Assembly (NCBI GenBank): GCA_048885865.1
Contig: JBHLLF010000009.1
Span: 38,768 to 102,767, forward strand
DNA: 64,000 nucleotides
From: Candidatus Hermodarchaeota archaeon
GTDB taxonomy: Archaea; Asgardarchaeota; Thorarchaeia; Thorarchaeales; Thorarchaeaceae
Reading direction: 5' to 3'
Positions 25,247 through 34,592 of the stretch are shown here, piece after piece (the first letter of the stretch is position 1; each line of letters opens with the position of its first letter). The translations under genes and the position numbers were made by a program. The notes beneath the pieces were generated by a model. The model had not been told where the DNA came from and ran no database searches. It worked only from the letters and a program-made list of their open reading frames with translations.

Positions 25247-25552
25247 CTATCCTCCTTGGACATGAGGAAGCATTGCTATCTCATCATCTTGAAACACAGC
25301 GGTCCCTTCACCCTCCAGCGTTGTGACATCCTTTTTGTTAAGCATAATGATTAGATTGCCGCTTATCTTGTCACCTTCCATGATTATCTGCTCCAATTCA
25401 GGCCCACCAATCTCGAGAACCTTGTTAACCACATCTCTAATGGTGGATCCATCCGGTACATCCACTGTAAGAACTTGGCTAGCGAGAGTCCTTCGAATTG
25501 GACCAAAAGACTTGAACTTCACCTGCACCGTAAAGACCGACCATTTGAACAC
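25247..25552 (-). CDS. MoaD/ThiS/SAMP ubiquitin-like protein
   Basis: Beta-grasp pattern; C-terminal PHVQGG. Confidence 0.9.
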   Translation of the reverse strand: MFKWSVFTVQVKFKSFGPIRRTLASQVLTVDVPDGSTIRDVVNKVLEIGGPELEQIIMEGDKISGNLIIMLNKKDVTTLEGEGTAVFQDDEIAMLPHVQGG

Positions 25553-25564
25553 TTCAGAAGTGTG

Positions 25565-25936
25565 CTATTCAGCGTTTTGATAGTGCAGAATAGCTTCATC
25601 CACCAAATCATCAACGACCTTGATGATGCCCTGAATCTCCTTAGACGTTGCTGCCTCATAATGAATACCGACGGTTGATATCACAGGACGCATCAGTGCC
25701 TTGCACATTTTCTCTGCAGACGAGTTTGCCACCACGTAGTCCTTATGCCCAGGTAGTGTGATGCTATTCACGCTAATGGTGGAGGCGTCTCTATAATGAC
25801 TTCTGGTTGGATATGCAACTGCTACGCCACCAATGTGATGCTCGTCCCCTCCGAAGATTGCCACTAGCAAATCCTTGCCAATACTCTTTGCTTCAAGATA
25901 GATAGTGTGACGTCCAGCCTGTTTCTCAAACATCAT
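25565..25936 (-). CDS. LpdD/proteasome-assembly-chaperone (PAC4)-like small protein
   Basis: IGKDLLVAIFGGDEHHIGGVAVA...LPGHKD...VGIH pattern. Confidence 0.65.
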   Translation of the reverse strand: MMFEKQAGRHTIYLEAKSIGKDLLVAIFGGDEHHIGGVAVAYPTRSHYRDASTISVNSITLPGHKDYVVANSSAEKMCKALMRPVISTVGIHYEAATSKEIQGIIKVVDDLVDEAILHYQNAE

Positions 25937-25971
25937 TAGGGAACATCCTCCTTATGAGCGGAATACACCCC

Positions 25972-27516
25972 TTATGCATCTATACCTTCCCGCTTTTGAA
26001 ACATGCGCCATGACAGAGTCAAGGTCTTGGGATGGGCGGCACGGTACTCATCCAGATGGCGGACAGAAGTGGAATACGGAGCTCCTTTGACCTTCTCAGG
26101 TTCTTTGTACGCCTCTTCAGATATCTTTCTGAAAGCGGAAATAAGAACGTCCAGCTCCTGTTTTGACTCAGTTTCTGTTGGCTCTATCATCAGAGCCTCA
26201 GGAACAATCAACGGGAAGTACACAGTTGGTGCGTGAACGCCGAAATCCAGAAGGCGCTTTGCAACATTCATGGCTGACACACCGGTTTCATCCAGAAGCT
26301 CTTCACCTGAGATAACGCATTCGTGCATTCGGGGAGCATCCTGTGAATATGGGAGAGTGAAGCCAGGAATAGCACTTACATGATGTGCAACGTAATTGGC
26401 ATTCAGAACTGCATTCTCCGCTACTGCACGAAGCCCTCTCTTGCCTAGAGAATAGATGTAGGCATAGGCCCTCACCAACATCCCGAAATTCCCGAAGTAG
26501 CCATGGACTTTCCCTATTGTCTGAGGGTAATCATAGTTCCAATCGAAGCAACCATCAAGTTGTTTCACAATACGAGGAACTGGGAGAAAATCCACCAGCT
26601 CTTTCTTGACTCCAACAGCGCCAGCACCTGGACCACCTCCACCGTGTGGAGTAGAGAATGACTTGTGCAGGTTCATATGGACCACATCAAAGCCCATATC
26701 TCCTGGTCGAGTTATGCCCATAATGGCATTCAAGTTGGCACCATCATAGTACAGAAGTCCGCCAGCATCATGAACTATGTCAGCGATCTCCTCGATATCT
26801 TTCTCAAACACCCCTATTGTGTTGGGATTTGTTAGCATCAGTCCAGCTGTTTTTGGTCCTGATGCAGATTTTAGAGCTTCAATATTCACCAGCCCATCTT
26901 CGCTAGATGGTACAACAACCACTCTGTAACCTGCCATGGCCGCTGATGCAGGATTTGTACCATGAGCCGCATCTGGAATCAGCATTTCATTGCGTTGATC
27001 GCATTCTTCTGTGACGCATTTATGATACTCACGAATCAGCATAACTCCTGTATATTCACCTTGAGCCCCTGCTGCAGGCTGCAGTGTCACTGCATCCATA
27101 CCAGTGATTTCAGCTAACCAATGTTCTAACTCCCACATCAGTTCAAGGGCACCCTGACTCATTGAAGCATCCTGACTTGGGTGAAGCCATGCGAATCCGT
27201 TTAGATTGGCAGCCCAGTCATTGATGACTGGATTATATTTCATCGTGCAACTGCCGAGCGGGTACGTGCCTGTGGAAACAGAGAAATTCATCTGTGAGAG
27301 TCGGGTGAAGTGTCTGATGACCTGAAGCTCAGAAACCTCAGGAATTGCAGGTGGAGTCTTGCGCTGCATCTCCTTTGGGATGATGGAGTCAATTTTCCCG
27401 GCGGACTGTCTGACTTCAGCTTCAACTTCAGGAAACTGATGACTGGTGGCTCCTATACTCGACTTCTCGAATATTAGAGGCACATTCCAGCGGGCTTGGC
27501 GATATTCAGTCATCAC
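25972..27516 (-). CDS. gcvPB: Glycine dehydrogenase (decarboxylating) subunit 2
   Basis: PLGSCTMKYNP, QPAAGAQGE, HGTNPASA, NLHKSFSTPHGGGGPG. Confidence 0.97.
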   Translation of the reverse strand: MMTEYRQARWNVPLIFEKSSIGATSHQFPEVEAEVRQSAGKIDSIIPKEMQRKTPPAIPEVSELQVIRHFTRLSQMNFSVSTGTYPLGSCTMKYNPVINDWAANLNGFAWLHPSQDASMSQGALELMWELEHWLAEITGMDAVTLQPAAGAQGEYTGVMLIREYHKCVTEECDQRNEMLIPDAAHGTNPASAAMAGYRVVVVPSSEDGLVNIEALKSASGPKTAGLMLTNPNTIGVFEKDIEEIADIVHDAGGLLYYDGANLNAIMGITRPGDMGFDVVHMNLHKSFSTPHGGGGPGAGAVGVKKELVDFLPVPRIVKQLDGCFDWNYDYPQTIGKVHGYFGNFGMLVRAYAYIYSLGKRGLRAVAENAVLNANYVAHHVSAIPGFTLPYSQDAPRMHECVISGEELLDETGVSAMNVAKRLLDFGVHAPTVYFPLIVPEALMIEPTETESKQELDVLISAFRKISEEAYKEPEKVKGAPYSTSVRHLDEYRAAHPKTLTLSWRMFQKREGIDA

Positions 27517-28928
27517 CTGCCACCTCCGCTGGCAACAATTTGATCTATAGCATCGACCAGCTCATCAATTGCATCCTTTGTATGGATTTCTGTGCAACAT
27601 ACAAGCATAGATTCACCGAGTTCCGGGAAGTCCGAGGTCAGAATCGTTCCTCCTTGAATTCCTCGGTCCAAGAGACCCTGATGAACCGCATGAGCTGAAA
27701 TACCATCGGCAAAAGAAATCACGAATTCCTTCCAAAAGGCATCACCAATTGAGGGAGCTTCCACACCTGATAGTGCGTTCAGTCTGTTGGCTGCGTAGTG
27801 CGATTTGTAGGCGATTGCTTCTCCAAGTTCTCTGAAGCCATCTGGACCCAGTAATGATGTGTCGATAGCAGCAGTGACAGCAATGAGTGCCTGGTTTGAA
27901 CAGATGTTGCTTGTAGCTTTCTCCCTACGTATGTGCTGCTCGCGAGGACTTAGTGTCAGGACGAATCCCCGTTTGAATGGTTCTTCAGAAGTCCTTGTCA
28001 TTCCCACAAGTCGACCTGGCAATTGACGAATTAGTTTCATGTCATCAATACAGCCGAATATCCCAAGAAGAGGCCCGCCATAGGACATGGGGGATCCCAG
28101 GCCTTGTCCCTCCGCCACAACAATGTCTGCTCCATAATCACCAGGTGGACGCAATATACCCATTGACATTATGTCTACTCCTGCAATTAGTAGGGCATTT
28201 GCGTCATGCACCAGCTCATTGATCTTGTCGACATTCGCTTCTATGAATCCGAGATAACTGGGATTCTCAAGATACACCCCTGCAACATCCTCGCTTAGTC
28301 TAGACTCGAGGTCGGCAATGTCCATCTGTCCGCTCTCTCTGTCATAGTCTATCTTCTCAACCTCTATCCCAAGAGGCTCTGCATAGGTGTTGATGACTCT
28401 CCAATGAATTGGATTAGTGGTACCTGGAACCAGGACGCGATTACGCTTCTTTTTCACTCGGACACTCATCAGGACAGCTTCAGCAAGAGCACTCGCCATG
28501 TCATACATGCTGCTATTTACAACTTCAATCTCTAGCAGCTCAGCCATCAGACTCTGATATTCAAAGAGGGTCTGGAGCATCCCTTGACTGATCTCCGGTT
28601 GGTAGCTTGTATATGCAGTGACAAATTCTGACCGCCCTGCTAGGGCTCTTGTAGCAGAAGGTATGTAGTGCATTCCAAGTCCGTTACCAAGGAACACCCT
28701 CCCACTATCCGCTGGCTTATTCTTGTCTGCTAGCTCCTGCATCCTTCGTGCTACTTCGATTTCTGTGTGAGACTCAGGGATTTTCAAATCACGACCAAGT
28801 CTGAACGTTTCGGGAATATTCGAGAAGAGGTCGTCAAGATTCTTCTTTCCTATCGATTTGAGCATCTCTTTTTTCGCGCCTTCGGTCAACGGAAGCCACG
28901 GATGTTTGAAGTCCATAGAGTGGGCCAC
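27513..28928 (-). CDS. gcvPA: Glycine dehydrogenase (decarboxylating) subunit 1
   Basis: YTSYQPEISQGMLQ, NSSMYD, REQHIRREKATSNICSNQAL. Confidence 0.97.
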   Translation of the reverse strand: MAHSMDFKHPWLPLTEGAKKEMLKSIGKKNLDDLFSNIPETFRLGRDLKIPESHTEIEVARRMQELADKNKPADSGRVFLGNGLGMHYIPSATRALAGRSEFVTAYTSYQPEISQGMLQTLFEYQSLMAELLEIEVVNSSMYDMASALAEAVLMSVRVKKKRNRVLVPGTTNPIHWRVINTYAEPLGIEVEKIDYDRESGQMDIADLESRLSEDVAGVYLENPSYLGFIEANVDKINELVHDANALLIAGVDIMSMGILRPPGDYGADIVVAEGQGLGSPMSYGGPLLGIFGCIDDMKLIRQLPGRLVGMTRTSEEPFKRGFVLTLSPREQHIRREKATSNICSNQALIAVTAAIDTSLLGPDGFRELGEAIAYKSHYAANRLNALSGVEAPSIGDAFWKEFVISFADGISAHAVHQGLLDRGIQGGTILTSDFPELGESMLVCCTEIHTKDAIDELVDAIDQIVASGGGR

Positions 28929-29065
28929 CAGCTATTCTTGCTGACTCTGGTCCGAGAGACCCGGTAAAATAGCCTTTCCCCTTGACCCAAAAGGATGACT
29001 TGAAAGGCTCGAATGCTTTTTATGTCATGTAAAGAGAGAGCTTTCATGCAGGAGGCTCTGAACTC

Positions 29066-29386
29066 ATGAAACCATGGCTGATGGATATTCTGGCGTGTCC
29101 AGTGAAAGAGTGCAGAAGCGAGCTGCAACTGGATGTCTACGAGAGCCACATCAAGCACATAGAAGAGGAGGAATTTGAGGAGATCGAGGCTGCGCTAATA
29201 ACCTGTCCAAAGTGTGGTCGTTGGTACCCTGTAATTGATGGAATCCCCTGTATGTTGCCCGATGACCTAAGGATGTCAGGAAAGCAGAATATTGAGGAAA
29301 CTGCATTTCTAAAACGATGGATGGAACGCATTCCTTCCGAAATCCTTGAAAAGGGAGTGCCATTTGGCCTGTCAACCGAAGATTGA
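29066..29386 (+). CDS. trm112: Trm112-like methyltransferase activator
   Basis: LMDILACP...CPKCGRWYPVIDGIPCMLPD. Confidence 0.9.
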   Translation: MKPWLMDILACPVKECRSELQLDVYESHIKHIEEEEFEEIEAALITCPKCGRWYPVIDGIPCMLPDDLRMSGKQNIEETAFLKRWMERIPSEILEKGVPFGLSTED

Positions 29387-29417
29387 AAGGTCTTTGTGTC
29401 TGCAAAAGGATACAATT

Positions 29418-29493
29418 AGCCCCGTGGTGTAGCGGTCCAGCATTGAGGGTTTTGGCCTCTCAGACCCAGGTTCGAGTCCTGGCGGGGCTACCA
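29418..29493 (+). tRNA. tRNA-Gln(UUG)
   Basis: Acceptor AGCCCCG/CGGGGCT; GAGGG-TTTTGGC-CTCTC; CCAGG-TTCGAGT-CCTGG; CCA. Confidence 0.95.
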
Positions 29494-29494
29494 C

Positions 29495-30340
29495 CTACTT
29501 CTCCTTTACACCAATAGGCTCAGATGGGTCCTCGATTTGTACTCTGAAAAGCCTCTTGACCTGAGTCAGGACAAGACGACTTCCATTGACTAATACTTCA
29601 ATCTCTATATGGTCTTGAAGACCCGAGGTCGATATCTTCTTCTCGAGAACTGCTTGGACTTGAAAGACCCCAGCCGGATTGTCCATGACCACGGTCAATC
29701 TGAGCGGCTTTTCTCCTTTGTCTAGAATTATGTCCCGAATGGCCATAGCACTGACAGAGTGTATGTCAACTTTTCCTTTCTGAAAAGGTATGATTGTACG
29801 ACCTTTTGTCAGGTCGCAACCATCGCCCAGCTTCGTGATGCCAGCCTCAAATGTCAAACATTGTGTGTCATCATCATGTGCGTATATCCCATGCGCAATG
29901 AAGCTGAGAATATCAGTTGCTTTGGCCGGATCGTCATATATCTCAACCAATTTGGATTCAAGGATAGGGATAGCCAACGACAATGATGCCTGAGGATGTT
30001 CAGTTCTATGCACAACCATTCCTATATCGTGGAGGTAGGTGGAGGCCAGTACAACAAGACGGGCGTCATCAGTGTCACCAATCCCTTCAGCTACAATGTT
30101 GGGCTGGAATGTTTCGTCCAAGATGTCAAAGGCCTTTAGTGCATTCCATGTAGCCACTTCAGCATGGACATGCCCATGGTCTGTGTATCCAAGCCTAGAA
30201 ACAGCCATCCTGTTTGCAGTCCGAAGGTATGATTGGACTTTAGGAGAGCCAGCAAGATATTGATACATCTGTAATGCCTTTGTGTTCGGAGTCAAGAGCT
30301 CTCGCGCGCTGACTCCATCGCGATTGAGGAATTCGTTCAT
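29495..30340 (-). CDS. HD-superfamily phosphohydrolase
   Basis: RLGYTDHGHVH, YLHDIG, DGCD, DIHSVSA. Confidence 0.9.
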   Translation of the reverse strand: MNEFLNRDGVSARELLTPNTKALQMYQYLAGSPKVQSYLRTANRMAVSRLGYTDHGHVHAEVATWNALKAFDILDETFQPNIVAEGIGDTDDARLVVLASTYLHDIGMVVHRTEHPQASLSLAIPILESKLVEIYDDPAKATDILSFIAHGIYAHDDDTQCLTFEAGITKLGDGCDLTKGRTIIPFQKGKVDIHSVSAMAIRDIILDKGEKPLRLTVVMDNPAGVFQVQAVLEKKISTSGLQDHIEIEVLVNGSRLVLTQVKRLFRVQIEDPSEPIGVKEK

Positions 30341-30411
30341 TTTAAGCCCTCGAGGGGAAAATCCACTTGTTGGTTCTTATGATAAGACTTGCGAAAGCTG
30401 ATTAACCACTC

Positions 30412-33390
30412 TTAAAGGTCGCCGGCTTCCTCTTGGATAGTTAAAAGAGTACGATCAATCGCACTTGTCGCCTTCTGAATCGTCTTGAGATAGTCTTGAC
30501 GGGACTTCTCGAAGGCAACTCGACTGATTCGCTGCTTCTTTTTCCGAAGCAGAAGCTGACGGAGGCCTGCCTTCGCACCTTCAATCCGCTCATTGTGAAG
30601 CTCCAACTGAGACACCATATCACGGTATCTAGCGCCATGTTTGGACAGATCATCCTTCACCTTAGGAAGATCAGAGTCAATCTTATCGAGCTGTGACTTG
30701 ATGTCACGCTCACGGATCATGAACTCTCTCTTCTTCACCTTGCCTCGCCTTCTTGCGGCTTCCAATTTCTCAAGGTCCATATTTAGAGCTGTCTTCCTAG
30801 AGTAGAGGTTTGCGAATTGGCGAAGTAGTTCTGGTGGGGCTCCGGTCTGTCGCTGATCTTCGACTTCATAGTCTTCCTCATCAAACTCACCTCTCTCAAA
30901 ATCTAAGTGCACGCCTCTATAGGAAATGTAGGCAAGAGCTAGAAGACCCACAATTACAGTGAGGCCGAGAGGCCTTGCGGCGATGAGGGGGGATACTTGA
31001 TACAGGAGCAGTATTTCTATTGGATTGTAGTTGCTTGTGTTGTACATATCATATCTCAGAGTTGTGTCAAACACACCATACAATAGTCTGTATTCTCCGG
31101 AAACGCTCAAGGTATTCACGGAATAGGGCAGAACTAGATCAACACAGTGATGCTCGATTAGGATATCGTCAAGTGCTCCAAATGGAATATCGAGAAGATT
31201 TCCCCCTACAGCGAGTTCTTCATAATCGTTGATTTGAACTATGTATTCTATGTTGAATTCATAGGAGTAGCCTGGTAGGAATTGCTGTGGCCCAAACCTA
31301 TCTTCCAAGAGGGTGATGCGTATCTGCCTAGAAGCGTTCCATTCGCCTTCTATAGTAAGTTGTGATTGAACCAGCAAACCAACTCGGTCGTAGACCTTGA
31401 CATTTGTTGAATAAGCGGGCAGTGTAAATGTGAGCTGACTTTCTGGTGACAACCCAACGTTGTCAACATGAATTGTTTCCTTGTATGAAAGCCATCCCCA
31501 AGGATCCACTCGGACGACAGTTGTACGTTCTGCAACAATGTGCGTCGTGAAAGATCTAAAAGCATTGGTAAACTCCTCAATGTTGAGAGGAGCTAGATTC
31601 GATGCAGTGGTATCTGGAGATGGATAGTTTGGAGACTGCGAGTCACCCGTTCGATATGCCATTGTGAGAGATGCGCGTCTAATGACATAAGGCACCACTG
31701 GAAACTTCAGGAATGTGAATTCATATTCCTTGTCCGTGATGTCGGTCATAGTGTTGAGAGAATGCATCTGCATTGTCACGGTAAGTATGTAGGACTCGCC
31801 ATAGCTGACAGGCTGTGCGAAATGAATGCGCCAACGTAACATTCCCCGCAGGTCTTCAAGTCGAACTATCTCTAGGTCAATGCCGTTCTGGTCCGCTGCA
31901 CTCGATGAAAGCAGGTATGATTCCCACTTCATTGGAAGATACATCTCCATTGCGGATATCACAGAAGAACCATTGTTCGTGACGGTAAATTTGTCCCTAA
32001 CGCGGGTTCTCATGTATGACTCTGTACCAATGCTTCTATCCACATCAAGTCTCATTCCAAGCAGAGGAACGAATGGACGGTCCAAATTGAAGACTACAGA
32101 AGCAATGCCGGTTGCATTTGATGGATCTGTAGCGTTGAACCAGATAGTATGAAAGCCCTCTTTGTAGCTGGTCAAATCCAAACGATCTTCCCAGAACGCG
32201 GTCTCGTAATTGAAGGTCAAATCATTCCATGATTCTTCATCATCCAATCGATATTGGACATTCTTTACTCTGGTGTTATCAGTGGCGTTGACCTCAACAT
32301 TTGCAATCCATGAGAGAGTTTCTCCAGAGGAAGGACTCTTTATGATAAGGTTGGGACCTGAATTTGGAACCAGCTGCACTATAGGAGCCTTGAACCAGTG
32401 GGTACGTTGATCAGGAATATTAGCAGTATTTTCTGTATTGCTGAACATAAAGATGAACGGGTACATGAAATCGGTGCTATTCAAGAGTGGTATATCATCC
32501 GAATCCGTAGTGTTCATGGCAATGATGTACTCCACTTGAGTGGTGCTACCATCATCTGATGCATTAGCAAACAGTATTCTGCCTTGATCAGCATCGGCAA
32601 TGTGTTGGAGTGTGCTCACACCGTGTTCATCACTGTATACAATCTGACTTGCATCAGCGGGATTCTCTCTTCTTGTCATTCCTTCTCTAGTTATTCTCGT
32701 CAGTGTTATCTCATACTCAAGGTCAAGTCCATAGAGGTCGTGAGTGGGATCAGTGTAAGCCTCTGTCGCAGGAATTATGAAGTGACGCACCTCACCAATT
32801 CTCATTCCGAAGATTGACTCTCGATACATTGCAAGCGAGGGTAGATTAGCTAGCTGCTCTGCTGATTCGTCATTCGGAAAATCGTTTTCTTGCAATACTG
32901 TGCCATTGGGAAGAGTCAGGATATAGTGAACGGTCACGGAGTCTGTGCCAATTGCCCTCCAGACTTCATCTGATGGAGCCCCAGGAGCATATCCAAAAAG
33001 CAAATCGCTATTGTTCAGCCCTGCTGTGGTGAATCTATCCGTATAGTTTTGCCAACCCACACCAATCCATCCAGAAGTTTGAGCCTCAAGTCCAAGATAG
33101 ATGTGCGTTCCATTATGTTCCATATACGCCGATATGCCAGTCACAGGATCTGTATAGCTAGATGCATATTCCCAAGGATCAATAATCCCATCAGCAGCTC
33201 CATAGTGCCGGTCCGCAAATGCAACTGATATCAGATTCGAGGACTCGGCCACTGAACTTAGCTGCGTAGCATCATGAGCCAAATTGTTAGATTCCCATGT
33301 TCCTGTTGAGGGAACCAAAGCGAGGACGCCACTTGTTAAAAAGAGCGCCATTATCGCGATTGTCCCTATCCGTCTATGCAGCAGGCTCAA
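30412..33390 (-). CDS. Ribophorin-I (OST1/RPN1)-like membrane protein with N-terminal DOMON-like, FKBP-like and Ig-like domains
   Basis: Signal/anchor at aa ~8-26. RPN1-like motifs ERTTVVRVDPWGWLSYKETIHVDNVG, LPAYSTNVKVYDRVG, FLPGYSYEFNIEY, VDLVLP. TM at aa 807-824, then a cytoplasmic coiled coil. Confidence 0.75.
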   Translation of the reverse strand: MSLLHRRIGTIAIMALFLTSGVLALVPSTGTWESNNLAHDATQLSSVAESSNLISVAFADRHYGAADGIIDPWEYASSYTDPVTGISAYMEHNGTHIYLGLEAQTSGWIGVGWQNYTDRFTTAGLNNSDLLFGYAPGAPSDEVWRAIGTDSVTVHYILTLPNGTVLQENDFPNDESAEQLANLPSLAMYRESIFGMRIGEVRHFIIPATEAYTDPTHDLYGLDLEYEITLTRITREGMTRRENPADASQIVYSDEHGVSTLQHIADADQGRILFANASDDGSTTQVEYIIAMNTTDSDDIPLLNSTDFMYPFIFMFSNTENTANIPDQRTHWFKAPIVQLVPNSGPNLIIKSPSSGETLSWIANVEVNATDNTRVKNVQYRLDDEESWNDLTFNYETAFWEDRLDLTSYKEGFHTIWFNATDPSNATGIASVVFNLDRPFVPLLGMRLDVDRSIGTESYMRTRVRDKFTVTNNGSSVISAMEMYLPMKWESYLLSSSAADQNGIDLEIVRLEDLRGMLRWRIHFAQPVSYGESYILTVTMQMHSLNTMTDITDKEYEFTFLKFPVVPYVIRRASLTMAYRTGDSQSPNYPSPDTTASNLAPLNIEEFTNAFRSFTTHIVAERTTVVRVDPWGWLSYKETIHVDNVGLSPESQLTFTLPAYSTNVKVYDRVGLLVQSQLTIEGEWNASRQIRITLLEDRFGPQQFLPGYSYEFNIEYIVQINDYEELAVGGNLLDIPFGALDDILIEHHCVDLVLPYSVNTLSVSGEYRLLYGVFDTTLRYDMYNTSNYNPIEILLLYQVSPLIAARPLGLTVIVGLLALAYISYRGVHLDFERGEFDEEDYEVEDQRQTGAPPELLRQFANLYSRKTALNMDLEKLEAARRRGKVKKREFMIRERDIKSQLDKIDSDLPKVKDDLSKHGARYRDMVSQLELHNERIEGAKAGLRQLLLRKKKQRISRVAFEKSRQDYLKTIQKATSAIDRTLLTIQEEAGDL

Positions 33391-33575
33391 TCCAAATCAC
33401 CGTGATTCAATAGGGTCCGCGGTATACTGTATACTAGATAGGCCGCGAACGATGCGCTCGAACCTCTGGATTCGTTAAATAGGTTTCGTCATGCAAATCG
33501 TTGTACCACTGCATTCTTCTATCCGAAAAGTGTAAAAAAGGGCTGTATTTGTGCCCGGCAAAGGAGACAGCCCAA

Positions 33576-34583
33576 TTGTTAAACGTCCTCATAGTCATCA
33601 TTCTTGCATTCTCAATAGTACTCCTTGCCATGCCTAGTACAATCCGGATTCTAAAAGAAAAGGGCATAGTAGGAGTGGATGTCCACAAACTCGACAAGCC
33701 AGATGTGGCGAAAGGAGGGGGATTTGTAGTTCTGTTTGCTATAGTAGCCTCCCTGCTAATCGTGATTGGAATAACAACCTTTCAGGGTCAAGAAGTTGAT
33801 ACAGGACTCTTAGCTGCATTGGTTTCAATCCTCCTCGCAGGGATGATTGGGCTATTGGATGACAATCTTGACTTCAGAAATAGGACTAAGATAGCGCTTC
33901 CAATGCTTGCATCAATCCCAATGATGGCCATGCAGGTGGGTACAACCACAATGTCAATTCCATTAATTGGAACTGTTGACTTTGGCGTACTCTATCCTCT
34001 TGTGGTCATTCCTCTTATGATGACGTTCATTATCGATTCCACCAACATGTATGGAGGAATGAATGGCTTGGAGGCAGGTCTCTCGACAATTAACTCTGCA
34101 GCTCTTATTCTATATGTAGTGCTCCTATCGCTCATTGACGGAGTCGAAACAACGCAGGCACTTCTTGACTCAGGTGTAGTGGCTGGAGCGCTTCTTGGTG
34201 CATCCACTGCTTTTCTCATCTTCAACAGGTATCCTGCAAGGATATTGCCTGGAGACGTTGGGAGACTTCCAATGGGTGCAGCAATAGCTACGGCACTAAT
34301 TTTAGGAAACATGGACAGACTGGCTATTTTCCTTTATGCACCATTCGGTCTCAATTTTCTCCTATACATCTTGTACAGACTCTATGTACACCGTAGAGGA
34401 ATAGAATATGTGAAGTTCGCCAGTCCAAGAGAAGACGGCACTCTCGAGGTCGAGGGCCCATTCACTATGTACTGGATGCTACCATATCTTTCAGAGAATG
34501 TAACCGAAGAGAGAAACGTTGCTCTGTTGATACTACTACAAGCAGTAATTGCGTTTGGTTCAGTGTTCCTGCTGGCATTTTAA
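33576..34583 (+). CDS. UDP-GlcNAc:dolichyl/polyprenyl-phosphate GlcNAc-1-P transferase (AglH/ALG7/DPAGT1-like, MraY-like family)
   Basis: GVDVHKLDKP.VAKGGG, IGLLDD, NMYGGMNGLEAG, FNRYPARILPGDVG. TTG after GGAG taken as start (the ORF is open from 33501). Confidence 0.85.
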   Translation: MLNVLIVIILAFSIVLLAMPSTIRILKEKGIVGVDVHKLDKPDVAKGGGFVVLFAIVASLLIVIGITTFQGQEVDTGLLAALVSILLAGMIGLLDDNLDFRNRTKIALPMLASIPMMAMQVGTTTMSIPLIGTVDFGVLYPLVVIPLMMTFIIDSTNMYGGMNGLEAGLSTINSAALILYVVLLSLIDGVETTQALLDSGVVAGALLGASTAFLIFNRYPARILPGDVGRLPMGAAIATALILGNMDRLAIFLYAPFGLNFLLYILYRLYVHRRGIEYVKFASPREDGTLEVEGPFTMYWMLPYLSENVTEERNVALLILLQAVIAFGSVFLLAF

Positions 34584-34592
34584 AGAGTGATA

